A stretch of 63,307 nt of DNA, the filler included, from Reticulomyxa filosa (Eukaryota > Protista > Foraminifera): assembly GCA_000512085.1 (NCBI GenBank). It is 19 parts of 19 records of this genome, joined end to end, with 100 filler letters (N's around TTAATTAATTAA, not from the genome) between each part and the next. Parts side by side here need not be neighbours in the genome. Positions count along the whole stretch, not along the records: positions 1 to 3,242 come from ASPP01015924.1; positions 3,343 to 5,641 come from ASPP01011555.1; positions 5,742 to 14,055 come from ASPP01033304.1; 16 more parts are not named here. One strand, written 5' to 3'. The position numbers were made by a program, and so were the translations under genes. This document shows positions 1 to 9,957 of this stretch, piece by piece; position 1 is the first letter of the stretch, and the number at the start of each line of letters is the position of its first letter. Under the pieces are notes generated by a model. It did not search any database, had not been told where the DNA came from, and saw nothing but the letters and a program-made list of their open reading frames with translations.

Positions 1-1576
1 AGAAAATCAATCATCATAAGATATCGTTTTATGCGCTCAGTTTTCTTTGCAACTTACTGTATCTACTACGATGAAATGATGAAAATTAATGTCATACACA
101 CTATTAGTGTATTCATTAATTACTTAAAATTGTTGACTATTTTAATATCCCAAAAACAAATTATTTTGTCAACTGACAAAGAACAAATGATATTATGACG
201 ACCGTTATGATATTATGAAAATTTTATACAAAATAAAGCAATTGAATGTTTGTTGAATGATTTAATTTATTTGTTGTTTTCAATATCAAATACACGAACT
301 GTTTGTCTTCTAATCTATAACAAAAGAATTTATTTCTATTAAATGTCAGTAGTCAGTACTACACACAACGACAGTTTGTCCTGTTAATGTTTTATTAATT
401 TGAGCGATTAGCAAAATACTTCAAACATGAAGAAGTCATCTGTACAATTGTGAAAATAAATATTTTCATTGAAAAAATAAATAAACATAACATATCTTAA
501 AACAAGTTTATCAAAATATACAATCAATACTAATTCGATATTTGATAATCGTACCAAATATTTAGTAATTACTTCAATTTTTCTTTTTATGATAGAATTA
601 TCTTAAATTACTTGCAATTAAATAAAAAAAGAAACAGCCTTTTGAAGATAATGCCACTTCTTTACTAGTATAATTGCACATTTTTTCAACTTCTGCTTTT
701 CTCTTGAGTTTCTCTTGGTGATGGTGTAAGATTTAAAACTTGGAACTTTTCTCACATACAGGAGCTTGTCAAACTATAAATAGTTCAGTGTGTTTAATCA
801 GCAATATTTTTATGAGCTTTTGACACTTAAAAATAATCCAAAAATACTATTTACAAAAAGGATTTTTTAAAAATACTGTGACGCTTTAAGATTTATTCAT
901 TCAATTGGAGAATATTATAAAAGTTGTGTGAAATGTAATTGTTACATTTTGTAAAATAATATGACATATGAAAATTGCTTCAACGATATCCGCCATAAAC
1001 AGTATCTTTACGAAAATGGTAAATTATTAACGACCTTAAATGAAAAAATGGCAAAAATCAAAAATGATGTATGAAAAAATTATACTAAACTATCATTCAA
1101 TCAGAGGATCAATGTAATTCACAAAAAATTTGTCCAGACGACGTTTTTTTACAATGTTGGCTTACATAAAAAGAGATTTATATTAATTTTTTCCTGTCTG
1201 CAGTTTTTTGAAAAAAATTGATCCAATTAAAAATGAAAAAAGTAATATCCAGTTAAGAGATATGTGCTGATAATAATGAAACAACAAACTCTTTCAAATG
1301 ATGTTAAGCACCTTAAAGATGCCGCTCACAAATGAGAGTGACTCTCTGCAAGTAGTCTAATAATATGCGTATACCTCAAATCAGCACGTACTCACAAAAT
1401 GCCTCAAAAATACTACTATTCAGAAAACCTCTCAAAGGCAATGCTTGTCTCTGCCCGTTGCAATTTCCGTTTGTTTTGTTCTTTGTTTTTTTGGTGAGGA
1501 AAGAAAAGCGAAGGAACACAAAAAGCAAAGAAGCAACAACAAAAATCACACACAAAAAAAAGCTTGTAAATTTGAA

Positions 1577-3242
1577 TCAGCGAGAGTAGTCAAGAATAAC
1601 ATTCTGATTCATATTTGATCCTTCCATTTCTCCTCTGGAGTCAATAGGTTTGTAGTAGACCGTGGTAACAAATTTATTTTTAAACCTTTCGGTCAAACCC
1701 AAGGTCACGACCTCTTCTTCTCTTTTGTCGGCCATATATAGATGATTTATTGTAACATGACTCGGTTCTGGCAATCTGTTTGTTTGCAAAAAAAAAAGGT
1801 GTATTATCCCAAAAACAACAATAACAAAAAAATAAAAAAATTTTTAAAAAACAAGTAACAAAACATCAAAGGATGAAATCCACGTTCGGGTTGTTGGTTT
1901 AATAGAATGTAGCCCAATTGCGGAGGTGCGATAGGTGGATCACGGATATAATCTTGTTCATCTTTGATGAATTGTCCATACTGACCATCGGTTTCTTTGA
2001 CCTGCGCTTCTTCTACGGTTACGGTTTCACCCACTTCGACGACGTTGTACCATTTGCCGGTCGCTTCGTCTTTGGTCTTCTTCGTGTCCGGGTCGCACCT
2101 CCAAGTATTGTCCACAATATATTTGTAGGAATATTCGCCGGGCGGCAATTCTAATGTCACTTCAAACGATTGAACGTCGACTTTTTCCATATGGTGTTTC
2201 AATCGAAATCCATCTCCACTGTGAGCCACATACACATCTCGACCACCATATTTCTTTTTATTTTGCCGATATTTTTTTTTATGTCTTTGTGTAGTTTATT
2301 TTGTTCCTTTGGCTGCGCATTTAAAAAAAAAAAATATATATATATAAAAGAAAGTTCATACCCATTTGAAAGTGGTTGGATATTTCTCCATTGAGTTTAT
2401 ATCATCTTGATTGTAAGCCTCATTTGGCTGGCTTTTGTTTGGAAGACTTGTGTCACTCTTGTCATCTCCGATCACTTGATTTTGTTGAGTCTACTCCATA
2501 TATGCACATTATTCATACATATTCATACATGTACATATGTATATGTATATTATGTATACATATTTTTTCAACACAAAATATGCAACACTAAATCAGCGCG
2601 CTGTTCACGAAAGCTTAAACGCGCATGTATTGCCTCTTCCCCATTCCCCCTCCCCCTTTTTTTTTTCTGTTCATGTCATTACATTTCCTCAATCAATTGT
2701 ACGTACAAACTAAAAAGCCCTTTTACTACGAAAGAGATGTATGTTTTGGTGTGCTCCATTACATTTGTATCTTGGGTTTGGTTCGTTGTGACGTTTTCGG
2801 GGGCCTTTGCTTGTTGTTCTTTTTTTATAATAAAAAAAAATAGTTTTTATTTTTGCATAGTAAGCAAACAATAAACAACACGGAGAGGGGTTGGGGAAAA
2901 AAAAGGGGGGGAGGATTAGAAAATGTAAAAAGGAGACAAAAAAAAGAATAACAATAATAGTGATAATGATAATGATAATAACAGCAGTAAAAAAAACAAA
3001 CAAACTTACAAACAACTGTTTACGTGATTGCTTTTGCACTCTGGTATATTCTTCCAACAATTTCTGTTGAATGTGGGCCAAACTTTGTTGATAGGCGACA
3101 AGCGCGACTTGTTTGGCTTGTTCCATTATTTGGGGTTTTGTGCATTCGCATATGCTTTGATCTCTTGCAAATACGAGTATGCTGCCCTTTCTGCTGCTTG
3201 CTTTGCCGCTATTTCCGCTCTTTCCACCAATTCTTTTTTTTT
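1577..3242 (-). CDS. PRKAB: AMPK/SNF1 beta subunit (CBM48 glycogen-binding + ASC domain), spliced, 5' incomplete
   Basis: Splicing GT-AG introns 2254-2361 and 1776-1864 gives YPTTFKW|KYGGRDVYVAHSGDGF...LPPGEYSYKYIVDNTWRCDP...PPIAPPQL...ILPEPSHVTINHLY...RFKNKFVTTVYYKP. These are canonical AMPK-beta motifs. Exons above about 2500 are tentative. Confidence 0.9.
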
Positions 3243-3342
3243 NNNNNNNNNNNNNNNNNNNNNNNNNNNNNNNNNNNNNNNNNNNNTTAATTAATTAANN
3301 NNNNNNNNNNNNNNNNNNNNNNNNNNNNNNNNNNNNNNNNNN
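3243..3342. other. Artificial contig spacer N44-TTAATTAATTAA-N44 (first of 18)
   Basis: Identical 100-bp spacer with stops in all six frames. It also starts at 5642, 14056, 15710, 21457, 23756, 26420, 31930, 33146, 36693, 38298, 40250, 42839, 45181, 49493, 53475, 58816 and 61403. Confidence 0.99.
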
Positions 3343-3821
3343 TGATCAAACTGGACGTGCTGCGCGACGAGAAAAACGACGCCTGGCTGATCAAGATCAC
3401 CCGCATGCTGCACGGCAACGTGATGGTCACCGCCATCGACCAAACCTTCCTGGACAGCGCCGACTACGACGTACTGGCCAAAACCGGCGACATGCTGCAC
3501 GGCCTGCTGCGCGACGGCGCCCAGGTAAAACGCGGCGAAACGGTAAAACCGGTAAGCGAATTTGGCGACGCACTGGATTGGCTGCTGGGCGAAACCCGCA
3601 AGGGCCTGTCCATCCAGCGCTACAAAGGCCTGGGCGAGATGAACCCGGAACAGCTGTGGGAAACCACCATGGACCCCACCGTACGCCGCCTGCTGAAAGT
3701 AAAAATCGAAGACGCCATGGCCGCCGACGACGTGTTTACCACCCTGATGGGCGACAACGTCGAACCACGCCGCGCGTTTATCGAGAGTAATGCGTTGATT
3801 GCGCGGAATATTGATGTGTAG
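3343..3821 (+). CDS. gyrB: DNA gyrase subunit B, C-terminal fragment (betaproteobacterial, Neisseriales-like)
   Basis: [22 protein letters not shown] and [14 protein letters not shown] motifs; GC-rich and intronless. Confidence 0.97.
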
Positions 3822-3835
3822 CCTCTGCTAAGAGA

Positions 3836-3864
3836 AAAAACCCCAACGCTTCGTTGGGGTTTTT
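3836..3864. terminator. Rho-independent (bidirectional) terminator after gyrB
   Basis: AAAAACCCCAACG-CTT-CGTTGGGGTTTTT perfect hairpin with A and T tails, just after the gyrB stop. Confidence 0.9.
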
Positions 3865-3893
3865 ATGTATCAATTTTTCACCATGCCATAATC

Positions 3894-4419
3894 ATGAAAA
3901 TAATCTATTTCATATTTACTCTGTTTACATGCTTATTTACTTATGCAAGTAATGATAAAAATTTTACCAAAGCACCAGAAATTCCCACATACCATGTTAG
4001 TAGTGCATACAATCTATGTATGCATGAGTACACTCGTAGTCATGATTCCTGCCCTCAGAAAAGAAATGATGGAGAATCTCCTGAAAAAGACGAAAAAAAA
4101 GGGAATGTCTTTCGAAGTATGGGCTGGAATTTTACTTGCCGCTGCTGCATTGCTAATTACTATTCTAGGTGTGTTTATAGCCATTCTTTCTATTTACGGT
4201 TATAAAAAGATCATGACTAGCGCACAAGAAGCCGCTGCTAGCAAATCAAAAGAAGCTGCTGAACACATCATGAAAACTATGATTGAAAAAGCAACAACCG
4301 ATGCTTTGATTGATATTATTGAGAATGGAAAGCTAAACTCTGTTATTAATGAGTCTGTTGAAAAAGTTGTCTATCGCGGTATAAAAATTGACAATATTGA
4401 AGAGGAAATAGAACAATGA
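3894..4419 (+). CDS. Predicted membrane protein (signal peptide, short exported segment, TM helix, cytoplasmic helical tail), split by a frameshift in an A8 run
   Basis: ORF 3894 begins with signal-like MKIIYFIFTLFTCLFTYA. The overlapping +1 frame carries the TM segment WAGILLAAAALLITILGVFIAILSIYGY. Removing one A from the run at 4093-4100 joins them (EKKGMSFEVW). Confidence 0.6.
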
Positions 4420-4910
4420 AATTTTCTATGGAATGGCAATCTCTTCCTCCACATATAGTTGAGATTATCACACTGCAACAGAAAGAGTTACCAATTAAGA
4501 TAGGCTCCATAGCGAGAGACCTTGGAATAGAAGTAAAATCATCAACACTTAATGCTGGCATTTCAGGCGAGATAAGACTCGTAAATGATAAATATATCAT
4601 CAAAGTAAATAGACACGACTCTAAAGATAGACAGCGATTCACGATTGCTCATGAAATTGCCCATTTCCTCTTACATACAGATTTCATTGGCGATGGTATA
4701 GAAGATGATGCACTCTATAGGTCAAGACTATCTGATATACTTGAGGTACAAGCGAATAGGCTCGCCGCTGATCTGATAATGCCATGGCATCTAATTAATG
4801 ATGCAGAAAAGAAAAACACTCACCTCAAAGGTGAAGAAAAGTATGAATTTCTATCAAAGCTAGCTCAAGTCTCAACAACAGCAATAAAAATTCGACTAGG
4901 CAAGATATAG
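4416..4910 (+). CDS. ImmA/IrrE-family zinc metallopeptidase (Peptidase_M78), no fused HTH
   Basis: RQRFTIAHEIAHFLLH (HExxH) and EVQANRLAADLIMP motifs. ATGA overlap with the upstream stop; GAGG Shine-Dalgarno. Confidence 0.93.
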   Translation: MKFSMEWQSLPPHIVEIITLQQKELPIKIGSIARDLGIEVKSSTLNAGISGEIRLVNDKYIIKVNRHDSKDRQRFTIAHEIAHFLLHTDFIGDGIEDDALYRSRLSDILEVQANRLAADLIMPWHLINDAEKKNTHLKGEEKYEFLSKLAQVSTTAIKIRLGKI

Positions 4911-4919
4911 GGGTAGATT

Positions 4920-5641
4920 ATGTTCAGTGATGTAAGTAGATTATCATTTCAGTACGTGCCAAAAATTGGCCTTAAACCATCCGAAATGAAAGCACTAGCA
5001 GAGCTACCAAAGAAGGATTTAAAATTAATATTGCCAATAATACCGCTTCGTGGCTGGGGTGTATCTAAAGACTTAGAGAAGTCTACCAATCGCATTCAAT
5101 CTGTCTTAGGAGCAGGAAAGTGGATTGCATGCATTGATAAAGATTTTCTTAATGAAAACAAAACGTATCAAATAACTGGCAAATATCCAAGAGATGTATA
5201 TTATCAGCTTGAGAAATTGCTAAACCCGAGCAATGGTTATAAAAACTGGTTTGATTTCATCAGCATGAGTGATCATGCTATACCCAGTCTTTTATTAGAT
5301 GACATCAACCAAGTTGATGCGCAAATAAAAAATCTTGATGCACTAAACAGAGGTCTGGCCGTTATTATTACGGCCGCTGACATTAGTGCCAGTCGGCACA
5401 TCTATGTTGCAGAATCATTAAAAAACAATGAAATAGAAAATTATATCCTTATCCTTGATCTCGGACCAATTGACAGTCGGATCATTGAATATCGAAGCAT
5501 AATTAGTAGAATTATAACTTTATTTACCAAAGAAACATCTAAAGTTCTCTCTACAATCACAGCCACATCGTTTCCGTCTTCATTTTCAGGAAGGCATCAC
5601 GGAGAAGACCCCATATATGAGAGACTTCTTTTCAATCAAAT
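4920..5641 (+). CDS. Beta-family protein (P4 satellite beta-like), 3' truncated
   Basis: The N-terminus YVPKIGLKPSEMKALAELP...ILPIIPLRGW and later ILILDLG and ATSFPSSF match the family pattern as I recall it. GGGG SD-like sequence upstream, 9 nt after the peptidase stop. Confidence 0.75.
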
Positions 5642-5813
5642 NNNNNNNNNNNNNNNNNNNNNNNNNNNNNNNNNNNNNNNNNNNNTTAATTAATTAANNN
5701 NNNNNNNNNNNNNNNNNNNNNNNNNNNNNNNNNNNNNNNNNTTTTGATTCTAAGGTTTTTTCTTCTTGCATTGGTTAGTTTTTGTCAAGATTTGCCAAAG
5801 GATATTTTTTTTT

Positions 5814-6207
5814 AGAAAGGGGTTTACTTCAAGTATTCACTTTAGAGTCATCGTTTTCCACATATTCAACGTTATTTGATTGTCAAATAGAAAAAAAGGC
5901 TTGAACAACTCTAAAACAAAATAAAAAGATTACAATATATTAACCCTTAGTAAAAAAAAGAGAAATAAGAGTCCAAACTTTGTTTAATGAGACCAAAACA
6001 CCTAGAACTTCTCTTAACACTTTCGGAAAGGAGTTTACTTCAAGTGTACACTTCAGGGTAGTTGTTTTCCACATATGCAATATTATTTGATTACAAAAGA
6101 AAAAGACGGGCTTGAATAGCTCTGAAAACAAAATAAAGGATTACAATATATTAGTCCTTAATAAAAAGTGAGAAATAAGAGTCAAATTTTGTTTGCAGAG
6201 ATCAAAC
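5814..6207. repeat. Diverged tandem duplication, period about 210 bp
   Basis: GAAAGG.GTTTACTTCAAGT...TTTTCCACATAT...GATTACAATATATTA...GAGAAATAAGAGTC occurs at about 5814-6000 and about 6025-6207. Confidence 0.85.
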
Positions 6208-6362
6208 GACTACGTAATTTTTTAAAAATATAAATAATGACTGATACAAGAAGGAAGAAGGGGACAACTGGCTTTTCGAAGTGTGCCGTTTTTGTTTTCT
6301 GGAAAAAAACTTGCTCCTTTGAACGTAATTCTTTTCCAACCTCATTTAAAACACTCTAAACG

Positions 6363-6925
6363 ATGGCTTCAAGAGATTTTGAATACTCGGAAAAATATAA
6401 CGACGATCATTTTGAATACAGGTACAAAAAGAAAACAAGCAAAGTAAAAACGAAAATGAAAATAAACAAAAAAAAATAAAAATAAAAATATGAAACGCTA
6501 TTTTGTTGTCTTCAGACATGTGATCTTACCAAAAGAATATCGTTCAAGGATGAAAGATCGTTTGTTAAGTGAGGAGGAATGGCGTGGAATGGGAGTGACC
6601 CAATCAAGAGGATGGGTTCATTATATGATACACAAGCCGGGTAAATTTGATTGTTTTTAAAAAAAAAAAAAATTAAAAAAAAAAAACAAATAAAATAAAA
6701 AAAAAAAATTAAATAGAACCACACATTTTATTATTTCGTCGACCAGTAAATACTGATTCCGCAACAGGCAAATCAGCACCAGATTGGAAACCTCCTTGCC
6801 GATTGACGGAACGGGAAATACAAGCTTGGTTGGATGTCAAACAAGCACATCTTTATTATCAACAGTTTCCAAACAAAGAAAATGTTACTAGTGATGAAAA
6901 TTCCTCTGACACGCAATCTTTCTAA
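6363..6925 (+). CDS. CKS1: Cyclin-dependent kinase regulatory subunit Cks1/Suc1 (3 exons; absent from the ORF track)
   Basis: Exons 6363-6421, 6516-6640 and 6717-6925 with GT-AG introns give [19 protein letters not shown]...[36 protein letters not shown]. Confidence 0.96.
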
Positions 6926-7578
6926 GCAATGTCTCGCAAAAATAATAGTTTCATTTTTGTTGCAAATACATTTCATAACAATACAACAAATAAAAAAGGC
7001 TGTTAATAGACAATCGTAAATATATTTATTTTATGATATTTAATTAAAAAGAAAGTGTTATTTCAATGCAAAAATATTACATCAAAACTTGCTTACAAGC
7101 AAAAAATAATTATTGACGTATCTGATGCATGTTTTAAGCATTTGTGTGGTAGGTTGTAACTCAGCATTCAGTGATTTAATTTTATTATACGACATAGAAC
7201 AAATAGCAGAATAAACAATGTCAAAATAAACTTTCAGTTGTCCATGATAGATTGTCAAAAAGTACTTTCTGTTGCATTATGTTGTCGGCTAAAAAAAGGC
7301 TGATTGTTCAATTCTGACGTTTATAAGCAATCATGTTGATCAAGAATTTAATCTATTTTTTCTAAGGTAGTATTTGTACATATTTCGACTGTATACAACA
7401 TGCACCAAATGAAAGCTGATTCATCAAAGAAAAACTAAAACAATATGACTGTTTATCTCACAAAAATAGTGATTTTTCCGATTGTGAACAATTGTACTGA
7501 GCAACAAAACAAAACCAAAGTAACTAAAGCAAAACAAAAACAAATGAATATGATGAAAGAGGAAGGAAAGTTTGAGAA

Positions 7579-9016
7579 TTAGATTGAAGAGTTTAAGCTC
7601 ATGCGAAGTGACTCTTGATTCTTCAAGTGTGTCACACAAGTTTTTTCACAACAAAGGCGACACAAGTGGCAGAGTTTCTGATACATCCAATTGTAATGTT
7701 GAAACGCTAGCGTTAAGCACAAAGAGCTAACAAATGCATCAATCGCCAGCATTCCTGGCGAGTAGTAAATCGCTATCACAGATGTTATCAGATCAAGCCA
7801 TGTTAATACCACTGACGCCTATTTTTTTTTTTTTGTATTTTTTTTTAAAAAAAAATGCAAGCCAACACTTTTCAAAAGATTGTCTTTTTTTTTTTTAAAA
7901 AAAAAAAAGACAAAACTGCTGTCAAAATGGAAAGCCTGACAATCACGACTAAGAAAAATCCATAATTTTGTGACGCAGACACAGATCGAGGTGACATTTT
8001 GTGGCTCTCGTCCTTGGAGTGATCGTGACCACTTTGCGACGAGGGGTCCTGTGTATGTTCGCTCCCATGATTCGAGGCACTGCCCACGGCTGTGTTCACC
8101 GCCGATGTCGCTGTCATCGTTAATTCACTTTTATCTGTTGCGTTCCTTGCAGAGTTTTTTGACAACACGATTCGTGAAGAGCCGGTCGAACTCTCCGTTT
8201 TTGTTCCTTGTTGTATCAATTGACTTATCTAATTTGCCACACATATAATTACACTTTATACTTTATATAATATATACATATGTAAACATACAAACGTATA
8301 CATATATATATTATATATAGCATACTCACAAAAATATGTATGTGTATTCGTACATAAAATATAATTGATGACACAATATAACATCATATGCATATTTTTG
8401 CAAAAACGAATAAAGATTGAAAAGAGACAAATAACGAAAATACCCTGAAGAGTCGGTGCGAGAAAATGGCGGACAGAACGATGTCTAGCAAGATGGCGAT
8501 GACAAAGAGAGGAGAGAAGAGAGCGACCATGATGTCGGTGGAACAATTGGTTTGAGCGAGGAGTGCAATGATAACACTCCACACCACCCAGACGAACAGA
8601 AATGTGGCGGCTGATAAAGTAATGATCAGAGATTTGGACACCTCCAGCAATGACTGGTAAAAGGTCGTATACAGTCGCAGTAACAAGTACGCATATAAGC
8701 ACGCACGACCATTAAACTTGAAAAATCCGGGCATATGGCGGTGAATGCAAGAGGGATGAAAGTCCACTATATAGCTTATACCATAGTTGATAAACTGAAA
8801 CAATATGAATACATAGTTGCAAAACATATTGCCACAATAAAAGTAGTGACACCATTGTGAATACCGAAGCAATTGCTGTCGTCCTTTCACTTCAAAAAAC
8901 CCGTGATACACAATTTGATACAGCACATGCAACGTCAGTGCGCTGATTGCCAACAGACTACACGACGTGAGAATAAAATCGAACCACATGTAGTTCTCCC
9001 AGTTTGAGAATGCCAT
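7579..9016 (-). CDS. Putative 7TM serpentine/GPCR-like receptor, spliced
   Basis: Five hydrophobic segments in the first exon, then a long Ser/Thr-rich loop (7950-8230), two more hydrophobic segments and a Cys-rich tail YQKLCHLCRLCC. Confidence 0.6.
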
Positions 9017-9957
9017 TATTTTGTTGTTATTTTGCTTGTTTATTGTTCCTTTCTCTTTGTGTTACTTACTGAGCAAAATAAACAAGAATTGGATCAAAAT
9101 TCAACGCGTTTCTAAAAAGTTCTTTGCACGAAGTAAAAGCAGCAACTTAGTCAGTATACGCCACTTGCCTGGACGTGTTTTCTAAATAGATATAGATAAT
9201 GCTCTTTCGATAAATAATAAAAGTTTGTGTTTTCATATTAATTAATATTGCTTTATTGAGTTATATTTATATGTCAGATGTAATAAAGCAATTCTTTTAA
9301 ACCAAACATAAATTGACGAGATCTAAACAATATCACAACAAGTGTATAAAAAGTTAGTCAATGATTCAATAGAAGCAGACATAAATTCATGATTTGAGTG
9401 TTCTCACAGAAGAGTTTACAGAATTTTTTTGCGACTGATCTGTCATTGCATCATGACAAACAAAATTATTCAAAACTGACTTTCTTTTTACAATAATATT
9501 CATTACTTTCACAAATGTAATATGAATAGTTTTTCTGTTGGGAATTTCAAAAATTAATTAAACAGAAACCAACGGAAAAAGAACAATCGAAAAGTTAGTG
9601 GATAGTTAAAGCGAATAAGAGTTTGCAAGATGAAAGCAAGAAACAAGCGGGAAAAAGATGGCTTGGAGAAAACTAAATAAAAAAAAAAGGTGATATTAAA
9701 GCAGTAATTGATCCTAAAACTTACTTACCAGTTTTCTTTAATCGTTTTGTTATTTTCGAAAGAGCACATTTTTTGTAATACTTACTAGTTTGCGTCAGTA
9801 CTCACTACATAGTGTCAAAAATATACCATTCATCAGAATGGTTTCATATTTTTTTTTAGTTTATTGAACAATTGTAATTGTCGAATGATCTTTCACATTG
9901 ATACAAATCTCTTTGTCATCAAATCAAAATGACTCCTTTTAATCTACTTTATTTGTT

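Noticed and set aside
1577-5641. Bacterial gyrB cassette as HGT into the eukaryotic chromosome
   Set aside because: It is separated from host genes by spacers and no host-bacterial junction is visible. A co-sequenced bacterium is the simpler explanation.
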